DNA of 63,994 bases, counting the filler, from Jimgerdemannia flammicorona (lineage: Eukaryota): the NCBI GenBank assembly GCA_003990765.1. It is 3 parts of 3 records of this genome, joined end to end, with 100 filler letters (N's around TTAATTAATTAA, not from the genome) between each part and the next. Parts side by side here need not be neighbours in the genome. Positions count along the whole stretch, not along the records: positions 21,576 to 43,045 come from RBNJ01001443.1; positions 43,146 to 63,994 come from RBNJ01001579.1; 1 more part is not named here. The stretch is one strand, 5' to 3'. The translations under genes and the position numbers were made by a program. Positions 39,169-55,035 of the stretch are shown here, piece after piece (position 1 is the stretch's first letter; each line of letters opens with the position of its first letter). The notes under the pieces were generated by a model that had not been told where the DNA came from, searched no databases, and saw nothing but the letters and a program-made list of their open reading frames with translations.

Positions 39169-42100
39169 ACTTCTTTAACTCTTATTAGTAGTAGAAAGTC
39201 TGAAAATATTAGATTCTTTTAAGATATTGTTAGGCTTTATTTAGATCTGAATCTTCAGAGATTTATATATTGATAGAGAGTAGTTCAGTAGAATTCTATT
39301 AGTATTCAATAGTTATAAAAATAGTTATAGCAATCTTATTCTTAGTTTGTTCTCAGTATTATTGCTAGATACTCATATTAAGAGTGAGTTATCTATATGA
39401 GATTGTTTCAGAATAGCTTAGTATCAGATTACCTCTCATACTATTCCACAGCTCCCTTTAGTACAGCTATATCTTCTACAGAGTCTAGCCTAACTACTAT
39501 ATTATTAGCAAAGGCTCCCATCTTTCAATTTACTCTAAGAATATTTAATCCCCACCTTATATCTAATTCTGTCCAACAGAGGCTCCAGAGAGAGAGTATA
39601 GAGAATTAGAGATAGCAGATCTCTTTGTGGTACTTCTCTGCCTAGGGAGAATGAAACTCTCTTATACCTATTCACTAATATTACAGCCCAACTTCTCTCT
39701 AATAGTCTGATTAATAATTTTCTAAATCCTAAAAGAACTCTCATATACATCAGCACTTCTGCCAGCCATACTCACCAAACTCTATTATATGCCTTCTCCT
39801 GATCCAGAAAACTAGCTAACTATCTACCCCTGTAGTCTATATATCTTCAATAACTCCATATACCCAAGCTGTCTCATCTCTTATTAAGTATTCTTCAATA
39901 AAGCTCCTCTGTTCAGCTCTCAGCACTTGTTGAGCCACCTCTTACAGCCTAGCCACCAGTATCTTTATAACTAGCTTGTGATTTATATCCAAAAGTATAA
40001 TCAGCCTTCAGTTCTTTCACTTCTTCTATCTCCTCTTGTTCTTGTACAGCAGAACTACCAGACCTAGTTGCTTTCTCCCAATCTACTCTTCTGATCTAAT
40101 AACCTTATTGTATATCTCCACTATCTCCTTTAAAGCCAACTCTATACTAGCTATTCTCTTTCAGAAATCTCAAAATAGCTCATCCTCCTCAGGAGCAGTC
40201 CTGAGACTTATCATTGCCAAGACCCTACATATCTCCCCACCTTGGACAAGAACTTCAAGCCCTCTGCTGGGTCTGGATACCAATTCTCCAGATGCTGTTC
40301 AATGTCTAGGGTATCTTTCCCACCTTTCTCCTTACTCTATAACTGTCTCTACCTTAAGCTCAACTGGTCTAAGATCTCTGGGATTCTAACCACCATCTCC
40401 CCAGTCTCATCCAATACTCTCTCCCACCATTTCCTCACTCTTTTTGCCTAAAGAAGCCTTGACAAGAACTTTGTAGGCTGCTCCCCTTCTTCTATACCCT
40501 ACTATCTTAACTGGGCTATCATATTCTTTACTTATAGATCTTTCTTCTATCTCAGCATTCTCTTCAGCTCTTCCACCTCAAGCTGGACCCACTGAACCCT
40601 CCAATTTTCCTCCTCTCCATTATTCAGCAAATTATCTCAGATCTTCAACAACTTCTCCAATCTCTAAGAGGCCCACTATAGTCAATTTCTCCTCTCATTG
40701 TCTCTCATCTTCCCTGCCTCCCCCTAGAACCTTTAAGCATCAGATTTCAAACACTACCACTGGTCCTCAATCTTCAGCCCCTTTGCTCTCCAGCTAAGAA
40801 TCTTGGAATTTATATCCACTATCTATACATCTCACAATAAGAGCTCCTCCAGCAAAGAGATATTTAGATACTAATATCCAGACTCCTCCCCACTTCTCCC
40901 AAACTTCTCACAACTAAGCAAATCTCAATAGTCAGACCATGGGCACCAAATCATCTTCAGAGGACTCTAAACATCCTCTCCCCAGTACTCTGTAGTTAGG
41001 ATCCAGTTGATCCTCAAGTCTAACTCTACTACTCAGTAAGTATAGACCCTATAGTCTCCCCACCCAAGTTGCCCTATATCTACTTAAAAGCTCAATCTTT
41101 AAATCTCCTCTCAGTCTTCCATACCTTCCCTCCTATCAGTCATTTCTCTCTCTCTATCTATCTTGTTCAATAGTCCATCCTGGATCATATTGAAGTCTCC
41201 ACCCAAACAGTCAATCTTTACCTCTACCAGTATCTCTGTATCTCTAAGTTCCCTTATCTACTCCACTCATTCTCTCCTTTCTACTAGGTAATAACAAGAT
41301 CTAACAGTTAAGAAACTCCAGCTCAGTCTCCATCATACTCCCTATATTACTCTATCTCCCCAATTTCTAATATCTCCAATATCTCCTCTGCCCTTCCTAA
41401 CCAAAATACCCACCCAGCTCTGCCAAATAGCTACTCTACCCTATTTCTTTGTCCAGTCCAGCATATCCAAGTCCACATTATATCTAATATCCTACAGCAG
41501 AAACAGATCTGCATCTAGCCCCTTCAACTAGCTAAAACTATTCTGATGCCTTACTATACCTTATAGCCTATTGATATTTAAAGATAGAATTCTAGTTGTA
41601 CTATTTATATTGAATAATTGTTGTAAAAAAATGACACTCACTCTATAATTCCATGCTCACTATATCACCAGTAACATTCAGATTTCCATCTGCCTCAAGT
41701 TTCTCAGCCTCTCTCTGCTGAGTATTTAGAGTCACCAAGATCTCTCAATAGTCCTCACCATCCACAGCTTCCATGTTAGACCAGTACTCCTTATATACTA
41801 CCTGCCACTTGTCAACCTCTTCCTAGAGCTCTACAGATAAGATGCATGATCATTCACAATTTTCAGAAGTACTGCCTCTCTGTTGCCATCTATCTCATAC
41901 TCTTCTGCCTCCAATAGCCCTACTATCAGCTTATCTCAAATCTTACATACCATCTCTTCTTCTTGCAGAACCTCTCTCCAGTACCTCTCACTAATTACCC
42001 AGAAATCCATCTCACCCAACTCATCTGCTATAACATTCATCAACATTTTTCACAACTATCACTCCTTACTTATAGTCTTATCTACTCTCTGAACCACCTC

Positions 42101-43014
42101 CTGCCCCTCAGTCTCTTGACCACTACCAGCATCAACCCTTACTAACTCATACCAGTTCTCCTCCAACATATCCTATAGCTTGTCATTACTCTCTCTCTCT
42201 ATAGGTATGTCACACTGAACTCAAGTCACTTCTACTATCATTTTATTCTTAACTACTATATCTTGCTCTTGCTCTGGGTCTCCCCCTTCTGTTAGGGTCT
42301 CCTTCTTCACTATTCTCTTCTCTTCTGCCCAGGTACTAGTCCTTGATCTGACTCTATCTGCAGCCCTCCTCCCCTCTGGCAGTCCACCCAACTTCACCAG
42401 CAAATCCTCCTGAATCTGCCTCCCTTGTATCCTCTCCCAGACAGCTCAATCCAGCCTCACTTGCTTGTCATTCACTATCTTTATCACTGTCCTGGTCTCA
42501 AACTCCTTTCAGACTAATCTTCTCTTCTCAACAGCTCTAGCCAGATCCTCCAATATCTCTAGTAAGTCTTCTTCCTCCTCTAGCATCTCCTTGACCCTCA
42601 AGACCTTATACTAGTTCCTACTTATATACTACTGGCCAATCTCTTTCTTTTCTAGTATTCTCCTTGACTATCTCCTTCTTCACTGTAGATACATTTGCTA
42701 CCACCAGCTATACTATTTAAGAGTTCCAGTATAAGTACTAAGCCATAGAGATTGCTACTCCTCCTACTACCACACCTTTCTCCAATACTCCCAACATTAA
42801 CTCCTCCTTCTCAAATTCCACCCCAGACTCTTTAAGAACTTCACTAAGGTAGCTTCTTCCATCTCCTGGACTAGTAGTTCCAGAACTATTCTTATCATAA
42901 TTACCAGACCCCAGAAGCACAATGTGATGCAAATTTGAACATTGATTTCTTGAGTAATAGTATACCCACCAGATCTATTATATCATTAGCCAAGTCCCTA
43001 GGTCTTATGCTCTA

Positions 43015-43020
<6 letters not shown>
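39169..43020 (-). mobile_element. Second, more decayed L1-clade copy, 3'-truncated at the Copia insertion
   Basis: APE start 'NSTTRILSLNIN' near 41600, 'LGGDFN' near 41200, RT 'VPQRDLLSLILYTLSLEPLLDRIR' near 39600; collinear with 15610-21475. Confidence 0.85.
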
Positions 43021-43045
<25 letters not shown>

Positions 43046-43145
43046 NNNNNNNNNNNNNNNNNNNNNNNNNNNNNNNNNNNNNNNNNNNNTTAATTAATTA
43101 ANNNNNNNNNNNNNNNNNNNNNNNNNNNNNNNNNNNNNNNNNNNN
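43046..43145. other. Artificial contig spacer
   Basis: 100-bp N block with TTAATTAATTAA at 43090-43101. Confidence 0.95.
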
Positions 43146-44229
43146 CGCGCCCGTGTATGCTAATTCTCAATGGATATACATAATTTGTCGTTTCCATTGA
43201 CAGCTGGAAAGCAGGCAAAGTTTAAACCACATCGACGAGCTCCGCTTTACCGCCACCGCGGCTATGTACTGTTTTTGAAACCTCTACTGGTGCTAGCACA
43301 ATCTTTTTGCCGACCTTCCAGCCGCGCGTCTCTAATGAAAAGCATCAACCTTTTTTAAATACATAAATTGGTGACTTGGACTATTTTGAAGTAAAGGTAT
43401 TCACCACACACATATGTGCAATATGGAGTTCGATATGATGCATGTCTATGTGGGGCAGTTCAAATGTCGTTCCGGGTCAGGACCTACCTTGTGAATAGCT
43501 ACATTGAACGAATGCTGAACCTCAATTAATGGAGGTGTGATTTTTGACCTGCCTAGTGTGATAGTACCATCCATACAAAGCTTGAATATTTTGACTACCA
43601 GCACGATCCGAATGGTAGTCCGCTAAGAAAAATAAATTCCTACTTTACGATGCAAGTCGGGAAAGGCTCTGCGTGCAGCCAACTTTCAAAAATCACGGTT
43701 GGCTTTCGAGGACGTTCGGGCCCGCTATCTCGGTCGTATTGTCGCCCGGTCGTTCCGCTTGTACGTAATTCGTATGCTACAATTAGACATAGACGAACCG
43801 AATGCTTCAGATCGCTGTCGCGAAAACGGATGAAATCGTTTGGCAGAATTTGAGACACTCCAAGCTTACTCTGTGTGACACAGACTGACGTGACGAGCGG
43901 AAGATCCTTCCCCTATGTCCATTTCATACATTTCGGCTTAAACCAGTAGTACACGAATAACAATAATTCGATGACTACGTCACACCGAACTTGCAGTATC
44001 TAAAACGCTAAAAGTAGACAAAAGAAACCAAATAGTAACAGAAGTAAAAAAAAAAAGACTAGATCCCCTATTGTATCTTACAATCAGAGGTTAACAAATT
44101 ATTTTGTTTGCATTGACCTACTAAATTAGTTTTATTTTATTTTATTTTATTTTATTTTTATATTTTTTATGGAGATAAAATACTGAACCAACAAGAGCTA
44201 GCTTTCAGGTGAGCACAATCTTCTCGCAC

Positions 44230-44265
<36 letters not shown>

Positions 44266-44590
44266 TTTAAAATAGTTCACATTTCCGCGATTCACTCTGG
44301 GTCACCACGTAGTGGTAGATCAAACGCAAACGCGCGAATTCAATGCATCAGCATCTGTCCAGTTCAAGATTGCAAATAACTCCAACGTTTCATGTCCTCA
44401 TATTGGTTCCTTACCTACTTATGGTAATTTACGTTCCGCAACAAAACCCGTTCCCAATCTAATTTACCGATGAGTATAAATCCCAGCCGAAGCCCACACA
44501 ATGCCCAGTTCCAAATATCACCATACCAAAATACGAAATATAAAGCTCCAGGGTTATTGGGTTTATTTGAGAGATCATGATCAAAAGAGT

Positions 44591-45843
44591 TTACTTCTTA
44601 GCCTTGGTCTTCTTTTCCTCAGCGGCAGCAGGGGGGGCCTGGGCGGGCTCCTCAGGGGCGCCGAAAAGGGTGTTCTTCTTCTCGGCAACACGAGCCTGGC
44701 GACGTTCACGGGCGGCTTTGGTTTTGTTACGGTGCGCCTCGGCCTGATCGCTAAATGGCACAGGTATGAAGATTGACACATTTGGGTCATCAGATCGCGC
44801 TTAAAAAAAAAAAAAAAAAAAACGTGCAAGACAGCGCCGAGTAATGAATTGTACTTACGCGATGACCTTAGTACGCAACTTCTCGGCCTTGGCCTTGTGA
44901 ATGTACTCCATCAACACACGCTTGTTCTTAAAGACGTTACCCTTCGCCTTGACGTACAGGGAATGGTATCTATACGGGAATTAGGCAACAATAATCAACT
45001 GGTGAACTTGCCGCACTATGGATACGAACATAACGGCATTTTTCCATTCCCCACTATTGCATCAAAAATAAAAATCCAGACACGTACAAGTGCTTGTCGA
45101 TCTTGCCCGACTCGCGGTACTTCCTAAGCAACCGCCTCAAGACACGCATACGCCTCATCCAGAGGACCTGGCGGGGCATACGGGCATCAGCGGTACCATG
45201 GCGTTTACCGGTGCCAGTGTGACGACCGACACGCTTGGCGGCGAGCTTCACACGAACGCGGAAGTGCGAGTGAACGGTGGTGGGCTTGCGGATAATCAGA
45301 CCATCCTTGATGAGCTTACGAATGTTCTGGCCTGGGTGAACGACGACGGAAGGGCGATGATGGCGGGTTTGAGTAATGATTACAATATATTTGAGAATAG
45401 TTCCTCAGTCACGTTGTGTTCAGGACTTCCGTCTCCTCAACCCCACTATATACTGCTTGACAATGACAAAAAATGTTATGTCAAGGTATCCAAAAACCCA
45501 ACGAAACCACTGGACATGCATGCAGCAAGCATTTCTCGAAGCCCATAAAGTTCACAATTTTGCACCACATTCCAAATCCTCTCACAAGCCCCTCCACAAA
45601 AAAGCCTCTGAACTCCACATGTGCGTACTGCCATAAATTTTCCTGGAACTTACGAGAGTTGGCGTTGGAGATCTCGTTGACTTCGTTGGGATCGAGCCAG
45701 ACCTTCCTCTTGCCGCATCCGAGGACGCTAGAGGCCAATCGTTTCTGACTGCTCAAAGTAACCCTGCAAGGCCACGGACAATGTAAATATCAATGGGCAG
45801 ACCGAGAGTTGGTAGTGACTCGAAGTGCAAGAAGCACTTACAT
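44591..45843 (-). CDS. RPL19: 60S ribosomal protein L19 (eL19); exons 45843-45842, 45763-45654, 45331-45088, 44969-44859, 44750-44591
   Basis: '[22 protein letters not shown]', '[18 protein letters not shown]', '[19 protein letters not shown]'; all introns GT-AG and in phase. Confidence 0.97.
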
Positions 45844-46602
45844 TTGTACAAGAGCAACCTGTCAGGTAATTTCCAAAGTGAAAGAGGAAGTGCCCAAGCG
45901 GTGCAAATGGGTGCATTTTTTTAATGGGACTCGCCCTTAAGGCCATCGGTGATTGGCTAGTCGCTTCCAAAACAATTTTGGGGGTGCCTTTGGGGCCCAA
46001 GATCCGAGGCCACGGCTCATTAATGGATGCATCCACATCCAGATCCAATCATCCGACACGTCATCACTTTCACACATTTTCATCAAATTTTACATTTTTA
46101 TTTTCGCATCGCACGTACATGTATGGCTGCAAGCAGTCGAACGAGGGGCACACCGAATTAGTCTGTATTTTGACGAAAGGATAAAGTGAAACAGGTAGGT
46201 TGTGATAAACGCCGGCGGAGAGGGCAGATTTCGGGAGGAAGAGAGGTGGAGATACGAGTAAGTAAAAATATCCGCAATAGAATGCACACAATGGTTACTG
46301 CTCAGCTTATCCCAATGGTGGCAATGCCGTAGCAATAAAAATATCAGATTATGGTGTTCCACAGTTATGTGATTCGGTCAATGTAGATAAGGTTGTGTGG
46401 TTTAATCATCATTTGTTGCCAGGAGTGAGAAGATGTCGAAGGAAGTTGCGTTTTCAGGCTTTTCCGGGTATTATCATAATCCAAGCCAAAGTGTGGGCTC
46501 TGGATGGCACTCCCGGATTGATATTTTCCCAAAAACGAACCAGCGTTTCCAGAGAGATCCCAATTTCCTTCTCACCAACAATACCGACCCGGCAGTAGGG
46601 AA

Positions 46603-46640
<38 letters not shown>

Positions 46641-46641
46641 A

Positions 46642-47838
46642 TTACGCACTCTTCTTCTTCGAGACACCGACGGTACGTCCCTTCCTACCGGTGGTCTTGG
46701 TGTGTTGTCCGCGTACACGCAGACCCCAATAATGACGGAGACCACGGTGAGCGCGGATCTTCTTGAGACGCTCCAAGTCCTCACGGAACTTATTGTCGAG
46801 ACCGTTCGCCAGGACCTGCGAGTACTTGCCATCGATGATGTCCTTCTGCCTGTTGAGGAACCAGTTGGGAATCTTGTACTGCGTTGGGTTCTGGATGATC
46901 GTCACGAGACGCTCGAGTTCTTCGGTCGTAAGCTCACCGGCCCTGAATAACCGAATTTAAGATATATGTTAGGGTCGTTTGGAATGGAACAAACGTATTC
47001 AATTGGAGGGAGGATCAGGTGCAGTGCCGCCCGGTGGAAATCGCGTTCGAATGATTTCAATTGCCCAATCCACCGCGCGGCGCGAGCGCTTGGTAGTCGA
47101 GCGAGTGAGACACGCGCAACCAATTGATCCTGAAATACTGTCTTTCTGAGGTGATAACAGCCCACCCGGTAACAACAACACAGTGATACTATCGGAAACA
47201 TACCTCTTGTTGAGATCGATATCAGCCTTTTTGATGACCAGGTTAGAGTACCTGCGACCCACACCCTTGATGTTGGTCAGGGCGAACATGATCTTGGTCT
47301 TGCCATCAACGTTTGTGTTGAGGAGACGGAGAATGTGTTGGAATTGGCTCTTGTCCGGAACGACGAGCGACTAGGTAAAAGAAACAACAAAGTTTGGGCA
47401 ACACGTTGGTCAATCACGGCTGCTGAACTATTTTGCCTGATTGTTCCAACCGTTAAACTGATACCATGTCTAAGATATTCTCCACGTCGTGCCAAGATCG
47501 CAAGCTCGGTATGACGAATGGGAGAGTGTTGCCTGTTTACCAAAGCGTCTCACCATGTGTTCTCATCTTAGGTCTGACACCACCAAATACCAGCCAATTT
47601 ACCCATCTATATCCATCCATCGTAATACTTCCAGAGGCCCCGCCACCGATCCATCCGTCCACCATAATATCCAGCGCCTTCGGAGGCATCCATCCATAGT
47701 GGCCTCACTTCCCTCCACCATCCATCCAAAGTTACGCCGAGGACCATCGGAACAGAAGGGGGTGGGGGAAGAGGTGTGGAGTGGAGAGGTATACACGACG
47801 GTGCTGTGGTCTCATAAAGGATGACAGAAACGTACCAT
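46642..47838 (-). CDS. RPS18: 40S ribosomal protein S18 (uS13); exons ATG 47838-47836, 47370-47204, 46942-46642
   Basis: '[14 protein letters not shown]', '[12 protein letters not shown]', '[22 protein letters not shown]'. ATG|GTACGT follows a pyrimidine-rich leader; an alternative ATG|GTGAGA exists at 47556. Confidence 0.96.
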
Positions 47839-48044
47839 GTTGAGCAATATTCGAAAAAGGAGGGATGACGGGGTCTTGGCACAGGCGCAATTATGACCTG
47901 CCATCGACAATACGCACGGCCAGATGCGGTGCGTGGTTTGAGAGCAACGTGATCGGGGGATGACATAATACACAAACTGCTGCGGCAGCTCGTCAAGCGC
48001 CTCTTATAGCAACCACACACTGTTCTCTCTCCCCAATGTACAAC
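47839..48044. promoter_or_regulatory. Putative bidirectional promoter (RPS18 / SSL2)
   Basis: About 200 bp between divergent predicted start codons; depends on the inferred first exons. Confidence 0.45.
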
Positions 48045-52020
<3,976 letters not shown>

Positions 52021-53215
52021 GTTGGGAGTTGGTTATGGGTATTTAATTAGAACCATCGCAGCAGTGGAAATGAGATACTTTTCTTTTGGCTTAGTATGTT
52101 GGAGAACGCTCTATATTAGATATCATTCTATTGCCAATCATCCTCTTAGTCATTCAACGTGTATGCCCAAAAAGTCATATCTTCTTGAGATTAAATATTC
52201 ATTCAAATCCAGATGTCAAGCGAGAGCCTGAAAGACGCCACCTATCCTCGTCCGACACTTGTCTTTTATGCTTAATATTCGTAGGTCTGTTAGTGATGAT
52301 GTCACTTCATCAGCCAATTTGATTGGCTGCAAGCCTTTTGGGCACTCTTAGTTCACTAGACGTACCAATGGTCCGATATTATTCTCTTCCGAATATACTT
52401 GTTAGGACAACCTTTCATACCATTTGGCATTTCCTTTTATTGATGCATTCGAAATTTGCTAATTATAGTCTAGTCAATGGTTGCTGCATCGACAGGCTCA
52501 CCTTGTAACCGGTTTCCTACAAATTGGACGAAGCGTATCTTGTAACTGGCACCAATATGCTGGATATCGAGAGCCCCCAGCGACTGTTTCACATTTTCTC
52601 GCCATTGACAAACTGCCGTGCCCACAAAGACTCTGGGAGATTATGGTTGAATGACTACATGCAGCTGATGACAGCCAATCTCCCTTCTACTGTTCCCACC
52701 TGCAAATCAAATTGAAACCCCATCTACGGGCATTCTTCTCTGCCCTCGAGACGGCACGGGCATGTGGGCGGCGTAAACCCTCTCAAACAGCGGTTGAGCT
52801 GTTGTGCCGACCAATTACAATACACATCATGGGCGTTGATGTCCAGCATGCGTAAAATTCGCACGCTGCAAAGACAAGCCCCCCCCCCCCCTGATGTTGG
52901 ATTGACTGTGCACGCTGAGCCACGAGCTCCAGGAGTTCGCTTCCGTGGTCAAAGAGTAGAACCGGTTGAAAACGGTGCCGAGATTTAAGGCGAGGTCTTT
53001 ATGATGCCAGAGTTTTCGGATGAGAGAACAGGGATTTCTTGCAGCCTCAATGTAGGGGGAAGTGCAAAAGAACCAGAAGGATGTCGGCAGCCACTAGCTC
53101 ATTGATAATATAAGATGTGTGTATTATTACGCCGCTCTCTATGTAATTTATAAAAATCTAACTGGTCATGGAAAGACGAGCGTTCATCAATTTACAATAC
53201 AATAATAATAATAAT

Positions 53216-54547
53216 TCAGCCGTAAATCTTCATCACGTCAAAAACCTCCTGCCGACACAGCGGGCATTTCTCTTTGCTTCGCATATTCCTCCCGCCGTCA
53301 GCAGGAGTGTGGGTAAAGTTCGCCGAACATTCGATACACACGCAATAATGTCCGCACGGTACGAACGCCATCTCCCTGCTATTAGTCATGCACACCACGC
53401 AGTTGACGGCAGCCTCCTTCGCCTCGTCCCCTTTGGTCGAAGAGGCGTTTCGCCGAGCCATGTACTTGGCCGACATCACTTCGCATAGTCCGTGGACATA
53501 CCACAAGGCTCGGATCGTCCAGCACGCCCCAGTCATAATGGCGAAGGCGCACGTCACGTTGCCGATGACACACCGGTAGTAGACGTTATTGGGGTCGTTG
53601 GAAGCGCTGTGTCGGGAGCACGGCTGGAATGTGTCGTCGCTCAGAATATTGTAAGTGATGACAAAGGTCCAGAAGAATGTCATGGCGACGGCGACGTAAC
53701 GTTCGCAATACATGCCCTCACTTCCGTAACGACACGTCGCGAAGATTAGCCACAAGCTCACGACAACGGAAACCACGCCGGCGCACAGCCAGAGGATGTA
53801 GGGTGCATGAGGAGGTGAGTCCCGCAAGGACGCGATGCCGGTCGTTTCCAGACTCTGTTGTTGCAGTAGGACGATGGTTCCTGTGTGCGATGCCAGCACT
53901 GAACACGCACCAAGAAACTGCAGTAAACGCAACAGAGACGCGTAGCGTGTCGGTCGTTGGCTAGTCCGCATCGAAACCTCGGAATCAAACTCGAGCTTGG
54001 CGAGCCGAGCATCTATCCACAAAGCGCACAAAAACCACCACACAATTGCGCCCAAGCCAAAGGCACGCGTCGCAATCTGCGCGGGGCAGATGTGGAGACC
54101 AAAGTCGATTATGGTGCTTTTTGTGCCATTTATGTTGTTTGTATTGTTTAATTGTTGCTGTTGCGATAGCGTTGACGCGGCACTGCACGTCTGAAATCCC
54201 CCTTCAGATGCCATCAAGTAAACGACCGTGGCAGTCCAGATTATTGTCATGACAATGGCCAAATACTTGTTAGCACTGAAGCCCTTGTTATATGCGCAGA
54301 AGGATGAGGACAGAATGAGGAACAGACTGATAACCGTAGAGATGGCGCTAACGGAGAATACGAAAAAATAGGCTGTGCCTTGACGGACGGAGTCTCCACC
54401 CGTTATTGCGTCGAGATCATCCTGTAGGATGACGGCGGCGGAAAAGGATGCGAGAGTGCCAGCAGCACAGAACAGCTGGATTAGGCGAAATTGGAAGAGG
54501 GTAGCGCGAGGGCCACAGTCGCATAGAAAGCAAAACAAGTAACGCAT
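53216..54547 (-). CDS. Intronless multi-pass membrane protein: two MARVEL-like repeats + C-terminal RING-HC finger (putative E3 ligase)
   Basis: 443-aa ORF with normal CpG content; RING 'CVVC...PCGHYCVCIEC...CPLCR'; internal duplication 'FRLIQLFCAAGTLAS' / 'LRLLQFLGACSVLAS'. Confidence 0.85.
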   Translation of the reverse strand: MRYLFCFLCDCGPRATLFQFRLIQLFCAAGTLASFSAAVILQDDLDAITGGDSVRQGTAYFFVFSVSAISTVISLFLILSSSFCAYNKGFSANKYLAIVMTIIWTATVVYLMASEGGFQTCSAASTLSQQQQLNNTNNINGTKSTIIDFGLHICPAQIATRAFGLGAIVWWFLCALWIDARLAKLEFDSEVSMRTSQRPTRYASLLRLLQFLGACSVLASHTGTIVLLQQQSLETTGIASLRDSPPHAPYILWLCAGVVSVVVSLWLIFATCRYGSEGMYCERYVAVAMTFFWTFVITYNILSDDTFQPCSRHSASNDPNNVYYRCVIGNVTCAFAIMTGACWTIRALWYVHGLCEVMSAKYMARRNASSTKGDEAKEAAVNCVVCMTNSREMAFVPCGHYCVCIECSANFTHTPADGGRNMRSKEKCPLCRQEVFDVMKIYG

Positions 54548-54912
54548 GATGGTCGGGGAGAGTGTGTGGGAAGGGGGGTGGATGAAAGGAGGTTCAGGGG
54601 ATTATGGTTCGAACTCAGAGGAGTGGGTCCGATCACTTGACCCACAATGGTGTGTGAACAGCGCCCTGATCGAGTAAGTCACGCGATAATTAATTACATA
54701 CTGATTACTTGATCGATGGCCCTTGCGTCCACTGCGCCACATCTGTTGCTATAGTGGCCGAGATCTAGTCACAACAAAGGTACATATCAACTCTAGAATA
54801 GCTTGTCTAGTTCTTTTTCCTATAAAAAAATTTAATAGATCTTAATTACTTATTACTTTTTATTATTTACTTAAAGATCTTTAATACTATATCTATATAT
54901 AATATAATAGTC

Positions 54913-55035
54913 TGGGGGGGGGGGGTCCCCCTAGGGGAATTGGGTAGTGGAATGGGTACTGTATTTATATTGATAGACTGGTAATAAATGGTGAAGTTCA
55001 TAGGACTATAAATATATATATATATATATATATAA
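54913..55035 (+). mobile_element. Short 3' fragment of the L1-clade LINE followed by a (TA)n tract
   Basis: GGGAATTGGGTAG...TGGTAATAAATGGTG matches about 21400-21460. Confidence 0.7.

Noticed and set aside
45332..45653. snoRNA in RPL19 intron 2
   Set aside because: A hairpin (CTTGACA..TGTCAAG) and CTGA motifs exist, but there is no convincing C box or H/ACA arrangement.
52100..53100. Short ORFs between SSL2 and the RING gene
   Set aside because: All under 80 aa with no motifs; consistent with convergent 3' UTR or intergenic DNA.
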